DNA of 64,000 nucleotides from Hemiscyllium ocellatum (GCF_020745735.1 NC_083417.1:72664001-72728000); one strand, 5' to 3'; shown: positions 24,900-39,230, numbered from the stretch's first letter. Notes: generated from the letters alone by a model not told the origin. Program-made: numbers and translations.

Positions 24900-27140
24900 A
24901 ACTTCAATCTACAATTTGAGAGGGCGAGGATAGAGTCAGAAGTGACATTACTTCTGTTGAATAAAGGGAACTATGGAGCTATGAGGGAGGAGCTGTCCAA
25001 AGTTCAATGGTGCAATACCTTAGCAGGGATGACTGTGGAGGAACAATGGCGGATATTTCTGTGTATAATGCAGAAGTTGCAGGATTAGTTCATTCCTAAA
25101 AGGAAGAAAGATCCCAGGTTGAGGCATGGTCGGCCGTGGCTGACGCAGGAAGTTAAGAAACTTATAAAGTTAAAAGAGAAAAAGTATAACATAGCAAAGA
25201 TAAGTGGGAAAACTGAGGACTTGGAAGCTTTTAAAGAGCAACAGAGGATTACTAAGAAGGATATACGCAGAGGAAAAATGAGGTACGAAGGTAAACTGGC
25301 CAATAATATAAAGGAGGATAGTAAAAGCTTTTTTAAGTATGTGCAAGGCAAAAAAATGGTTAGGACTAAAATTGGGCCCTTGAAGACAGAAACAGGGGAA
25401 CAAAGAAATGGCAGAAGAATTAAACGGGTACTTCAGATCTGTGTTCACTGGGGAATACACAAGCAATCTCCCTGAGGTAACAGTGGCTGAAGGACCTGAA
25501 CTTAAGGGAATCTATATTTGCCAGGATTTGGTGTTGGAGAGACTGTTAGGCTTGAAGGTTGATAAGTCTCCGGGGCCTGATGGTCTACATCCCAGGGTAC
25601 TGAAGGAGGAGGCTCGGGAAATCGTGGATGCGTTGGTGATTATTTTCCAGAGTTCGATAGATTCAGAATCGGTTCCTGAGGATTGGAGGGTGGCTAATGT
25701 TATACCACTTTTTAAGAAAGGTGAGAGAGAGAAAGCAGGAAATTATAGACCAGTTAGTCTGACCTCAGTGGTGGAAAAGATGCTGGAGTCTATTATAAAG
25801 GATGAAATTACGGCACATCTGGATAGTAGTAACAGGATAGGACAGAGTCAGGATGGATTTATGAAGGGGAAATTATGCTTGACTATGCTTGAATTTTTTG
25901 AGGATGTAACTCTGAAGATGGACGAGGGAGATTCAGTAGATGTAGTGTACCTGGACCTTCAGAAAGCTTTTGATAAATTCCCACACAGGAGGTTAGTGAG
26001 TAAACGTACGGCGCATGGTATTGGAGGCAAAGTACTAGATTGGATTGAAAATTGGTTGGCTGATAGGAAACAAAGGGTAGTGATAAATGGCTCCATTTTG
26101 GATTTGCAGGCAGTGATCAGTGGGGTACTGCAGGGATCCGTGCTGGGACCGCAGCTTTTTACAATATATGTTAATGGTGTAGAAGATGGTATCAGCAATA
26201 ACATTAGCAAATTTGCTGATGATACAAAGCTGGGTGGCAGGGTGAAATGTGATGAGAATGTTAGGAGATTACAGGGTGACCTGGGCAAGTTAGGTGAGTG
26301 GCAGATGCATGGCAGATGCAGTTTAATGTGGATAAATGTATGGTTATCCATTTTGGTGGCAAGAACAGGAAGGCCGATTGCCACCTCAATAGAATCAATT
26401 TAGGTAAAGGGGCAGTACAGAGAGATCTGGGTGTTCTTGTACACCTGTCAATGAAGGCAAGCGTGCAGGTACAGCAGGTAGTGAAGAAGGCTAATAGCAT
26501 GCTGGCCTTCATAACAAGAGGAATTGAATATAGAAGTAAAGAGGTGTTTCTGCAGCTGTACAGGGCCCTGGTGAGACCACACCTGGAGTACTGTGTGCAG
26601 ATCTGGTCTCCAAATTTGAGGAAAGACATTCTGGCTATTGAGGGAGTGCAGCGTAGGTTCACGAGGTCAATTCCTGGAATGGCGGGATTACCTTATACTG
26701 AAAGACTGAAGCGACTGGACTTGTATACCCTTGAGTTTAGAAGACTGAGAGGGGATCTGATTGAGACATATAAGATTATGAAAGGATTGGACACTCTGGC
26801 AGCAGGAAACATGTTTCCGCTGGTGGGTGAGTGCTGAACCAGAGGACTCAGCTTAAAAATACGGGGTAGACCATTTAGGACAGAGATGAGGAGAAACTTC
26901 TTCACCCAGAGAGTGGTGGCTGTGTGGAATGCTCTGCCCCAGAGGGCAGTGGAAGCCTAGTCTCTGGATTCATTTAAGAAGGAGTTGGATAGAGCTCTCA
27001 AAGATGGTGGAATCAAGGGTTATGGAGATAAGGCAGGAAGAGGATACTAATTAGGAATGATCAGCCATGATCATATTGAATGGCGGTGCAGGCTCAAAGG
27101 GCTGAATGGCCTACTCCTGCACCTACTGTCTACTGTCTAT
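24900..27140 (+). mobile_element. CR1/HER1-type LINE, 5-prime truncated, frameshifted ORF2 (RT); copy-2-specific
   Basis: ORFs 25119-25475, 25408-26403 and 26298-26837 with NYRPVSLTS, YLDLQKAFDK, QGSVLGP, FADDTK; 3-prime (ACTGTCT)n-like tail. Confidence 0.95.
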
Positions 27141-29679
27141 TGTCTTTGATTTGGCACATTGTTAAGAAAGTGTCGCACGCAAATATTAGGAACTGGTTCC
27201 CACCTTGTGTGAGGCTCCGTCCCAGATGGTCCATGGAGCCATCCTTTGCTTTTAGCTCAATATGGCCTTTGAGGGCAGCACTGTGACTCCATGATTAGCA
27301 CTGCTGCCTCACAGTGCCGGGGACCTGCGTTCAATTCCAGCCTCGGACAACTGTCCGAGGAGCTTGCACACCCTCTCCATGTCTGCATGGGCTTCCTCCC
27401 ACAGAATTGGCCATGCTAAAATTGCCCAAAATGTTCAGAGATGTGTAGGTTTGGTGCATTAGTGAAGGGAAATGTAGAGTAACAAGGCAGGGGAACGGGT
27501 GTGGGTGGGTTACTCTTCAGTGGGTCAGTGTGGAATTGTTGGGCTGAATAGCCTGTTTCTGGAATGCCAGGATTCTATGAACTTCTATTTCAGGTGCCAG
27601 AAGCCATCAGGTCATTTTAATAGAAAACCTGATGAATCTCCAAAGCCATATTGCCTCATTCGTTTCATTTAGATGAAAGCGAATCGCCTTTATGCTGGAT
27701 GTACTCTGGGCTTTCTGAATGACAGGAGACAGTGAGGTCTGCAGATGCTGGAGATCAGAGTTGAGAGTGTGTGGCTGGAAAAGCACAGCACAGCAGGTCA
27801 GGCAGCATCTGAGGAGCAGGAAAATCGACTTTTTGGGCTGGAACCCTTCATCAGGAATGAGGGCTCTTTTCGGAATGGTATCTTACTTATTAATTTGTCT
27901 CAATAAGGTAGACAGAGCATCATGCTAAAAATCTAATGATTGTTAATGGTTATTTATGTCAAATACATTTATGTGTTTCTTTCACAGAAACCCAAGGGAC
28001 CCAGATACCTGATGTAAATGACATTTTCAGTCTTGAATAGGTATGTTAATTTTCAACATACCAGCAAGTTCGAGGATAGTCTATTTTTCTCCATTTTCTT
28101 CCAGTTCCAGTCTCATCCCAAGTCTTTTAAGACATGCTTGTAAATTCACGATAATGGCTTGATACAATGGTGTAATTCTTCAACTGTTATTTTCAAGGAC
28201 ATTATCCAATTGCTAAACTAGTTGTGTGGCCAGCATTTATCATCTCTGAAGCACCAGATACATTGAAAGCCCTGAGTCTTTTCTGTTGAAAAGTAATGTG
28301 GACCAATCTGTCTCAATGTTTGGGTTTGTCAGCGCCCATGTTTCAAAATCTTCAGATTCTTGGATGACTGTGTTTGTAAATGTAGGGCAAGCTCATTTTG
28401 TTTGAATAGCTTTCTAAGGCCTTTTCTTAGAGAGAAGAATTTTGACCAAATTTTTTTTTTCTCGTGAATTGCAGTCTGTACGAAGATGGGCTTAAAGTAA
28501 TAAAAAAGATTTTTCTTTCCACGCATGACCGTGCTGAGATCATCAGGGAAATATTTCTGACTCTGTGTGTGTGTGTGTATGTATGCGTGTCATATTTGCG
28601 GATAAGACAATTGTTATTACCCTGCAAGTGAATCAAACTGCCTTGCCAAATAAAGTCAAATAACAAAGCACGCAATTGATTGTGGTGGGAGTTTTAATCA
28701 AGTACATTTTGAACATTTCGTCGAGATGAGATTCCTGTATTACTGCATCACTTCAAGTCACTATGTCTGTATTGTGATGCTCTGATTTCGGCCTAACATT
28801 ATCCCATTCTCTTGTTTTGTATCTAGTGTGTTATGACAATCCTTGAATTGAATGCTAAGGGCAGAGTGCTTAGCTATATCAGTGACACCTGACAATTTTA
28901 ATCGAGTTCGAGTTACAAGATTTTGCCACTGCTCAGAGTTTGGGAACAGGGAGCAATCTCGGGATGGAGTGCTTCCAGGTGGGGTGCTAATTTAGGAATT
29001 TAAAGCAGGTTGGAACTCACTTGTCAGCTTTTGCTGAACAATAATTTGGAGTAAAAAACACACTTTGATTTCGAATTTTACTGTACAAAAAGTGATGAAA
29101 GTCCTGTTTCTTCTATGTTTGTTCCAGTCTCCTTGTAGCTCGTGATTGACAAAACCATTCATTTCATGAGCTTTAGAGTAATTGGTTGCTGAGTTGTGTG
29201 ACTGTATCACTCCAGATTGGGGCAATGCTTTGCACAGTGACTGTAGAGAATACATACTGATTATATATTTAAATAAATGCGTTAAGCTGCACAATTTACT
29301 CAGAAAAATGACAACCAACAGTGCTGGAGAGACTGAACTGGGCTGGCAGTATCTGTGGAGACAGAAACCGAGCTCATACTTTTTGCCTCGTATGGCTCTT
29401 TTCCAGCATCTGCAGTAATTTGCTCCCACAGCAATGTGGTGGACTGTTCACTGCCCCCTGGAAAATGTGGGATGGACAATAAACACTGGACTCACCAGTG
29501 AAACCCACATCCTCCGGATGCGTGAAGAGAAAACATTGAAACCTCTGCTCTGCCTGTGGGAATGACCCCGACCTAACTTGTCATTTCAATAAACCGCCTT
29601 GTTCCCAGGCTGATATTTCTCTTTGCCTTGCTCCAATGTTGCAATGAGGCTCAACGCAAGTTGGAGGAATAACTCATTT

Positions 29680-30375
29680 TCTGCTAAGTTAAAAATCACA
29701 CTATACCAGGTTGTAGTCCAACAGGGTTATTTGGAAACAGAAGCTTTCGGAGCGCTGTCCCTTCATCAGGTGGTTGTGGAGAATAAGATTCTAAGACAAA
29801 GAATTTATAGCAAAAGTTTCCAGTGTGATGTAATTAAAATTACATATTGAAAAAGACCTGGATTGGTTTGTTAAGTCTCACATCTTTACACACTTGCAGA
29901 ATTACATTTTACTTTCCTCAAAAACTGCGTGAATCCATGTAAGATTCTCTAAATCCGTTTTTATGACTAGAATTAGTCAGATCATTGCGGCACAGGCAGC
30001 CTGACAGGAAAACTCATACCTTCAATGCATTATCTGCGCCAACATGACACCAATTGTTAAAGTTCACTTGAAAATGTAACTTTCAAAAATAGTTTTGCAT
30101 TTTACATATGAAAGAACTGAAACCAACATGGTCATTCTAAAAGAGGAGAGACTTAACAAACAATCCAGGTCTTTTTCAATATAAAATTTCAGTTACATTA
30201 CACTGTAAATGTTTTGCTATAATTTCCGTGTCTTACAACCTTATTCTCCACAACCACCTGATAAAGGAGAAGTGCTCTGAAAGCTAATGCTTCCAAGTAA
30301 ACCTGTTGGATTATAACCTGGTGTTGTGTGATTTTTAATTTTGTACATCCCACTCCAACACCGGTGTCTCCAAAT
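29680..30375. mobile_element. Fold-back non-autonomous element with ~200-bp inverted arms containing decayed hammerhead motifs; related copy at ~45890-46290
   Basis: 29685-29885 is reverse-complementary to ~30145-30345 (e.g. gaaaaagacctggatt...ttaagtctc / gagacttaa...aatccaggtctttttc). Confidence 0.75.
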
Positions 30376-33300
30376 CATTTTCTGCTCGGTACTTTACAGC
30401 CTGTAGGAGTCAGTGCTGAGCTGCACCACTTCAGACTATGACGTTTGAACTCTATCATCCACCAACAATGGCCCGGTCAGGTCTTGCTGGCTTTATTCTC
30501 AGTAAGGCAGAACCATTATTTCCACACAACGAACAGCTCTATCACTCAACTATCACTGCTGGTACTCAGTATGTCTTTTGTTCAGGGAACGCTCACAATC
30601 AGTTTCCCTTGCTCCTCCTCCCTCTCTGTCACGACCATAATAAACACCACTTTAAGGCTCCATTCATGCTGAATAAAAAGTAATAACCGTTTCCCCCTCC
30701 ACAGATATTCGAGTTTCAACTTTCAACTTCCAGCCATTTCGAGTTTCTCCAGCATTTTTGCTTTAATTCATATTTCTCGCACAGACCGAATTTTGCTTTA
30801 CATTAAATCACATATAATCTCATAGTTAGCTACATTTTACTGAGTTTGTGATATGTTTTCCCACTGACTGAACTATCTCTCTCACCTTGAAGCTTCCTTG
30901 AAATGTTGTGACCCAGGGAGCAATGAGCCTGCAGAATTCACTTCTTCAGCAGGTTGTTGAGGCCAAAACTTTGTATTTTCAAGAAGGAGATGGATATAGC
31001 TCAAAGGGCATAGAGGAAGGTGGGATTAGATTATTCAGGTCAATGATCAGCCATCATTTTATTGAATGGTGGAGCATGTTTAAGGAATGGAATGATCGAT
31101 TCCTGCTCCTATCCTCTATGCGTCCTCCTCACAACTCAGAACCAACATCCAATTTGTGCGTGTCAAAAAATTTTCAATCAATGACAAGATATTACACTAT
31201 ATCCTACATACTTTAGCATAATTTATCCACATCCTCTTACAAGTAAACTTACCAAAAGCCTTGTGAAAATCCAGCTACACCCCATCGACAAATTCTCCCT
31301 CACCTATTACAGGAGTGAACCTTCAAAAAGCTCCAGTGGATTTGTTGAGAATGATTTGCATTTCATAAACCTCTGCCAGCTTTGCTTAGTCCTGTCAATT
31401 CTTTCCAAATATTTTGTGATCATTTCTTTTATAATTTATAATACAATTTGTGCCAGTAATTAAAGAAGACATCTGGATTCCGCTCACCCATCTTCAAGTT
31501 CCTCTGCAATCTGAGCAGATATCCTTGAATCTGACACTGGACACAAAATACAGTCTTTGGACCACTCATTCACTGCTGCACAGAACAATATACATTCCAC
31601 TAATTGTATGAAGATACCCAGGGAAGAACTGCAGATGCTACAAATCTGAAAGAAAGAAAAATGAAAGTTCTAGGAGAAACTCATCAAATCTGGTAGCATA
31701 TGTGGAGAGAAAACACAGTTAACCTTTTGAGTCCAGTGAACCTTTAACAGAGCCATAACTGAAATGTTCACTACCAAAACTACATTTCTATTTCCTCTTG
31801 CCATTCAAATGCCCTGTGTTTGCAGGTACTGTGGTCAGTTTCATAATCCTCCTGTTTCCACCTCTTTTTTTTCTCTCTCACAGCTTTCAAGAACCTCACA
31901 ACTGTTTCTGGGGCTGAGGGTCGTTCACTGTAAAATCTGCCTTCCCCTTAACTACCTCACCTGAAGTCATACACTCCTGTCACCGCTAACAAATCAATTT
32001 TGAATGAGCTCTTCTAAGTAGCGTGACAACACACTGGAACATAGTGCCAAGGTAATTTTCCCCTTCCCTGATGTGATGTAATGACTTTAACTCAGAATCC
32101 AGCTCAGATGCAAAGTTCTTTGAGTTGGAAGCACTTACTACATGTGTATTTGCTATGGACTACATTGGTGCTCAGCAGTTTCAATATGTTACAGTCGCTA
32201 CACATTACCAATCCTGCCATCACTATTACATTTGATTTAATTTATACATTAGTTCCCTTAGGTTGCTGATTTACAAGAGACAACAGAAATGTCGCTTCTG
32301 GAAGATTATAGATAATGACATCGAATCCTCACAGGCACAGATCTTCAAACATCAGCTAAACAGAGTGGCTATTCTATTGTAGCAAATATCCTCCTAGAAT
32401 TAATTCTAACCTGATCAGTGTGTTGCTGTACAATAATGACTACTCATCCTTCTATGCCATTGAATTTGATCCGACTGTCAACTGCAGTATAATGTATTCT
32501 ATTTCGTATCTTTGAAACTTAATCAGATCAGTACTGGGTCTAATTTGCCCTTGATAATTGCCTATCCTGATAACATTGATTTCCTTTGAATGTAGTGACC
32601 TCAGCTTTTTGCATACCAAAGTCTTAACATCATCTAGCATTTGATGAGGTAAATGGTGGATGCAAGATTCCAAGGAAGTCTGAACAAGAGAAAAAACTTC
32701 TCTTAACTTATAATTAGTAGTCTTATCATGTTTGTTTCTTTTGTTTCAAGTGGTTAAATGTCTATAACTTTTCCTTTCTTCTCACACTACTTAAAGGTTT
32801 GGTTTATGTCTCGTGCAAATGAAGTGATTGAACCATAGTGCTGATCCATTCAATTTCCCCACAAATGATGAAGGAACTAATGAAACCATCAACATTTCTG
32901 AAAATGTCTTCATAACTGAAACTTCCAGCCCAAGCAACATGCTGATAAATCTTCTCTGCACTCTATCTGATATCTATCTGCAGAAACTCATGATAAGCAT
33001 GCTGAAAGGTGGATTTCAGGACTGCACACAATATTTGAACTGTTGTTTATCCAAAGTTTTATGCAGTTGCAGCGTAACCCTCCTTGCTCTTAAACTCTTT
33101 GCCTTGACTGATAAAGGCAAGGATACTATATGGCTTTTTAATCACTTTACCCATCTATCCTGATACCTTAAATGATGAGTGGACAAGGTCCCGCTGATCC
33201 TTGTGCTTCATAGAACATAGAACAAGTGCTTCCTTGGGTCCTACCTTTCATCATGTATTTCTTTGCTTCATTTGTCCTCCCCAACTGCATTTACCCATTT

Positions 33301-35259
33301 TGAATTGCATTTGCAACTGATTTACCATCTGGCATGCTCATCTATATCTTTCTGCAATTTAAAGCCATCCTCCTCAATATTTATCACTCCACCAATCTCA
33401 TATCGTGTGCAACCTGTCTGATCAACTCTCCTAATTCAAGTCTCAATAATCTATATCAACCACAAAGAGCAAGGACCCTAACAATGACAGGGCACAGCAA
33501 TGACAGAAAAACATCCGCTGCTCCCTGTAACTCAGACAAAAGTGGTTCCAATTTGCAAAACTTTGTTGGATCCCATGAGCTCTTACCTTTGCTATCAGTC
33601 TCCCACGTGGGACTTTATCAAGAACTACTTATAATACATCAAAAGTCTTGCCCTCATCTACACATCTGCTCACCTCCATAGAACACAAAACATGGAACAT
33701 AGAACATTACAACACAGTATAGACCCTTCGGCCCTTGATTTTGTGCCGAGCTGTGAAACCAATCTAATGCCCATGTAACAGACAATATTCTATTATCATC
33801 CATATGTTTATCAATGGCCTGTTGCAGGCAGGGCATTCCATGTCTTTACTATTCTCTGAGTAAACAACCGACCTCTGACACCTGTACTATATCTATCACC
33901 CCCCCCAATTTAAAACTATGCTCCCTGTGCTTGCCAACACCATCCAAAGAAAACACTCACTGTTCACCCAACCTAATCCTCTTATCAACCCATATGCCTT
34001 TATTATGTCGCCACTCAATCTTCTTCTTTCTAACAAACATAGTCTCAATTCCATCAGACTTTCCTCATAAATCCTTCCCTCCATTCCAGGCAACGTTCAG
34101 GTACAACCTCTCTGCACCCTTTTCAATGCTTCCACATCCTTCCTATAATGTGGCGACCAGAACTGTACACAATACTCCAAGGGAAGCCGCTCCAGAATTT
34201 TGTGCAGCTGCAATGTGACCTCCTGGCTTCGAAACTCAATCCCTCTACCAATAAAAGCTAACACACCGTATGCCTTATTATAAACCCTATCAACCTGGGT
34301 GGCAACTTTCAGGGATATATGGACATGGACACCTCTTTGAAAATTTCAATCAAATTGATCAGATATGACCTCCCCTTCACAAAACCATGCAGGTTGTTCT
34401 TGATTAATCGCTGTATCTCCAGTTGAGATTAATCCTTTCACTGAGAATGGCTCCCATTAGTTTTCCCACGCTAAGGTTAGACTGACAGGTCTGTAGTTTC
34501 ACAGGTTTGCTCTTTTCTTGAGTATTGGTGGAGTAAATTACTGCAGACGCTGGAATCTGTCCTGAAAACCAAAATTGCTGGAAATCACGGGGGCTCAGGG
34601 TGCAACCTTGGAGGGAGAGCAGCTAACATTTCGAATTTTGATGACTCTTCATCAGAGCTGGTGTGAAGTGTTGAGGGGGCAGCATAAGTGCAATATGGGG
34701 GGGTATGAGGATAGAGTGCTGGAAGAGAAAGAATGTTGATAGTGTAGATTAAGTGCTGGGAATGTCAGAATGGCAGAACAATAGTGTATCTGACTTCCAA
34801 ATTGGAAAGAACAGACAATTTTTTGGGGGTGAGGGAGTGAAGAGATGCAATGGCAACTGAGAATGCAGCAAGGAAAGAATCATAGAATCCCTACAGTAAA
34901 GAAACAGGCCACTTGGCCCAACAAGCCCCCAAAGAGTAACCCACACAGACTCATTCCCTTCCCTTATTACTCTACATTTATCTCTGACTAATGCACCAAG
35001 CCTATATATCCCTGAACACTATGGGCAATTTAGCACAGCCAATTCACCTAACCTGCACATCTTTGGGTTGTGGGAGGAAACAGGAGCACCCAAAGGAAAC
35101 CCACACAGACATAGGGAGAATGCGCACACTCCGTACTGGCATTTGCCCAAGGCTGGAATTGAACATGGGTCCCGGGTACTATGAGGCAGCAGTGCTAACT
35201 ACTGAGCCACTGTGCCATCACAGTTAAAAGAAAGGGAAGGAATGGGAATGGGTTCATGA

Positions 35260-36080
35260 TTAGAAGGTGTTCATTCAATATTAAGTCCAGAAGGTTGTTA
35301 AGTGCCTAGTCTGGAGATGAGATGTTGTTCCTCCAGTTTGCATTGTGATTTGCTGGAGCATTGTAGTCTGCCAACGACAGAAATGTAAGCATGCAAGGGG
35401 AGTGCTATGTTAAAATGACTGGCTACAGGAGATCATACATGCGCATGATCCAGAGATGCACTTCAAAGCTGTCACCCAGTCTTCTTTTGGTTTGCCCAAT
35501 GCAGTGTATGCCACATTGGGTGCAGTGAATGCAATAGACCAGATTGCAGGAGCTACAGGTGAAATGCTGCTACACCTAGAAAGATCTGGTTAGGCACTTG
35601 AATGATGAGCAGGGAGGAGGTAGAGGGACAGATGTTGCACATTTGATGGTAATGGCAAGGTAAAAACAATTACTGCAGATGCTGTAAACCAAATTCTGAA
35701 TTAGAGTGGTGCAGGAAAAGCACAGCGTATCAGGCAGCATCTGATGGGCAGGAAAGTCAACGTTTTGGGCAAAAGCCATTCATCAGATTACATAGGAAGG
35801 TGCTGTGGGAAGGGAGTGATGTTGTTGGTGGTAGAGGGATGGGCGAAGGTGTCCTGGAAGAAATTTTCCCTGTGAAATGCAGATGGGGGAATGAGGGGAA
35901 GATATGATGGGTGGTGGCATTCTGCTGGAGTTGTCTAAAATTGCAGAGGATAATCCTTTAAATGTGGAGGCTGGTGCAATGAAAAGTGAGAACGAGGGGG
36001 GGGTTCCAATCACATTGTTCTGAATGATAGAGAGGGGCAAGGTTGGAAGCAATAGTGATAGGTCAGATGTGGCTGAGTGC
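35260..36080 (-). mobile_element. Degenerate Penelope-like element with an internal hammerhead-type SINE-like insert
   Basis: Decayed linker/GIY-YIG region; reverse-complement similarity to 57600-58400. Confidence 0.5.
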
Positions 36081-37120
36081 CCTGTCACAGAGCCATAGAG
36101 TCATAGAGATGTACAGCTCGGGAACTGACCCTTTGGTCCAACCGGTCCATGACGACCAGATATCCCAACCCAATCTAGTCCCAACTGCCAGCACCCGGCC
36201 CATATCCTGCCAAATCCTTCCTATTCACATACCCTTCCAAATGACGCTTAAATGTTGCTATTGTATCAGCCTCCCCCACTTCCACTGGCAGCTCATTCCA
36301 TACACGTACCACTTTTCTGTGTGAAAACGTTGACCCTTAGGTCTCTTTTATATATTTCCCCTCTCACCCTAAACCTATGCCATCCAGTTCTGGATTCCCC
36401 GACCCTAGGGAAAAGACTTTGTCTATTTATCCTATCCATGCGCCCCTCATAATTTTGTAAACCTCTATAAGGTCTCCCCTCAGCCTCTGATGCTCCAGGG
36501 AAAACAGCCCCAGCCTGCTTAGCCTCTCCCTGTACTTCAAATCCTCCAACCTTGTCAACATCCTTGTCAATCTTTTCTGAACCCTTTCAAGTTTCACACA
36601 TCTTTCCGATAGGAACGAGACCAGAATTGCACGCAATATGCCAACAGTGGCCTAACCAATGCCCTGTACAGCCGCAACATGACCTCCCAACTCCTGGACT
36701 CAATACTCTGACCAATAAAGGAAAGCATACCAAACGCTTTCTTCACTATCCTATCTACCTGCGACTTCACTTTCAAGGAGATATGAACTAGCACTCAAAG
36801 GTCTCTTTGTTCAGTAACACTCCCTAGGACATTACCATCAAGTGTATAAGTCCTGCTAAGATTTGCTTTCCCAAAATGCAGCACCTCGCATTTATCTGAA
36901 TTAAACTCCATCTACCACTTCTCAGCCTATTGGCTCATCTGGTACAGATCCTGTTGCAATCTGAGGTAACCCTCTTCGCTGTCCACTACACTTCCAATTT
37001 TTGTGTCATCTGCAAACTTACTAACTGTACCTCTTATGCTCGCATCCAAATCATTTATGTAAATGACAAAAAGTAGAGGACCCAGCACTGGTCACAGGCC
37101 TCCCATCTGAAAACCAACCC
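36080..37120 (-). mobile_element. CR1-type LINE 3-prime fragment
   Basis: ALVRPLLAYCVQFWS, LFSLEHQRLRGDLIEVYKIMRG. Confidence 0.92.
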
Positions 37121-38802
37121 AATCTGATAGAATAATGGTACCACAGTTTTTGTCTTCAGTCCTCCAGTTTCTCTCCTGTGCCCACAGAGGAATTGATTTT
37201 TTTCCAATTTTGTTCAATTACTCATGGGTCCTGGGAATCATGGATTATATTCTATTTATCTTTCTCCCTTATTTCCCAACATCAGTCACATCCTGCCTCA
37301 TCCTGAGGCATAGTTACTAGTCACATTTGTCCAAGCTTGCACGTACACAGCTTTCATTGCCTGGTGACATTTCATTCTGTACCACTGACAGCTCCTGTCC
37401 CAGACTGAGAACTAATGGAGAAAAGTTTGATCTCTTCTCCTTATCCAAAATTTTGCCTTTGGGAACCCAAAATTGATCTTCATCCAACAATAAACCACCA
37501 AGGCGTCATCTTCCAAATAAAAAAGGCTGAGCCCGTGCATTGTGCCATTACAGATATTATTTTTATGTCATCATAAAACCACAGGAGTGATTGTGAATTG
37601 TACCCATTGTTGAACCACATGATTCATAATAATCCTCAACAAATAAAATTTTCCTGGTCGTATGGCAGCAGTTTTATTATTCTATCATATATGAATGGAG
37701 AAAATAGTTATAATTAGGATAGCATAATTTCTATTTTCTTCATTAGATTTCTATGCATTTATTGGAGAAAGTAAGGACTGCAGATGCTGGAGACCAGAGT
37801 TGAAAAGTGTGGTGCTGGAATAGTGCAGCAGGTCAGGCAGCATCCTGGCCTGCTGTGCCTTTCCAGCATCACACTTTTCTATGCATTCATAGTCTAGTAC
37901 TTTACAAGGAGCTTTACAAAATGTCACTGTATGTCATCAATTACAATTAACCTGGCACATTACCAACTTGTAATTGAAAGGAAAGTGCACAAGAATGTTG
38001 GAAATATATAAAAATCACAAGAGTCAGTAGAGAGAGGAGCTGTAGGAGCACTTCAAGTCTATTTATTGTTATCAGAACCGAGAAGGACTTTGCAATATAA
38101 TCTGTTCTTAAACAAAACCCAGGGAAGGGGAAGAGTGAGGTGGTGTATAGGGAGGGGCATTGGGGCGTTAGGAGTGAGGGCAATAGGTATCTGTGGAGAA
38201 TAGGAATTTTAAAAGTTTAAATATATTACAATATGAACCACAGAAACATAGAAGATAGGAGCAGGAGAAGGCCATTCAGCCCTCCAAGCCTGCTCCACCA
38301 TTCATCATGATCATACTTGATCATCCAACTCTATAGCCTGATCCTGCTTTCATCCCAAATCTTTGATCCAATTTGCCTCAAGTGCTATATCTAGCTGCTT
38401 CTTGAGTGTATTCAATGTTTTGGCATCAACTACTTCCTGTGGTAATGACTTCCACAGACTTGCCACTCTTTGATGAAGAAATGGCTTCTCATCTCCATCA
38501 TAAATGGTCCACTCCGAATCCTCAGACAGTGACTGTTGGTGGATGCACTGATCATTGGGAACATCCTCCTTCCATCTACACTGTAAAATTCTGTTAGAAT
38601 TTTACAAATGTCTATTCGATCCACCGCCCCCCAACCCCCCGACACGTCTGAACTCCAGGGAAAATAATTCAAACTTAGTCAATGTTCTCATGCGTCAGTC
38701 CTGCCATCCCTGGAATCAGCCTGTTAAACATTCACTGCACTCCCTCAAGAACAAGACCATCCTCCCTCAGAAAAGAAGACCAAAACTGCACATAATAGCA
38801 AG

Positions 38803-39230
38803 GTTTGTGAAGGTTTGTAGCTCAGCTTGAGGTTTAGGGTGTAGGTTTGCTCGCTGAGCTGTAGGTTTGATATCCAGACGTTTCGTTACCTGGCTAGGTA
38901 ACATCATCAGTGGCGAGCTCCAACTGAAGCGAAGCTGTTGTCTCCTGCTTTCTATTGATATCTTTGTCCTGGATGGGGTTCCTGGGGTTTGTGGTGATGT
39001 CATTTTCTGTTCGTTTTCTGAGGGGTTGATAGATGGCATCTAGATCAATGTGCTTGTTTATGGCATTGTGGTTGGAGTGCCAGGCAGTGCAAGGAATTCT
39101 CTGGCATGTCTTTGCTTAGCCTGTCCCAGGACAGATGTGTTGTCCCAGTCGAAATGGTGTTTTTTTTTTCATCCGTGTGTGGGGCTATGAGGGAGAGGGG
39201 GGTCATGTCTTTTTGTGGCTAGCTGGTGTG
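38803..39230 (-). mobile_element. Penelope-like 3-prime fragment
   Basis: Degenerate GIY-YIG C-terminus homologous to 59051-59626, plus hammerhead terminus. Confidence 0.8.
38874..38913 (-). ncRNA. Minimal hammerhead ribozyme motif (best preserved copy)
   Basis: CCA CUGAUGA U GUUACCU-AGCC-AGGUAAC GAAAC GUC UGG; perfect stems I and II, GUC cleavage triplet, palindromic ACGU stem III. Confidence 0.78.

Larger units (their letters stand above)
17152..35215. repeat. Segmental duplication, copy 2 (expanded by copy-specific insertions)
   Basis: Direct-orientation homology to 1-11800, roughly 80-90% identical by eye, with extra blocks at ~20940-22380, 23505-24112, 24592-27140 and 27560-31400. Confidence 0.92.

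Noticed and set aside
25408-26403. 331-aa ORF as a host gene or an active LINE
   Set aside because: CR1-type RT fragment flanked by frameshifts and 5-prime truncated.
28992-29429. 145-aa ORF in unique DNA
   Set aside because: Starts inside a repeat, has no recognisable domain and no consistent exon structure.
37380-37520. Minus-strand exon-like DDALVVYCWMKI (paralogue EEILEVLCLGKI near 43400) as an Ig-domain relic
   Set aside because: Weak acceptors, no Trp/second Cys pattern, early stop or TE interruption.
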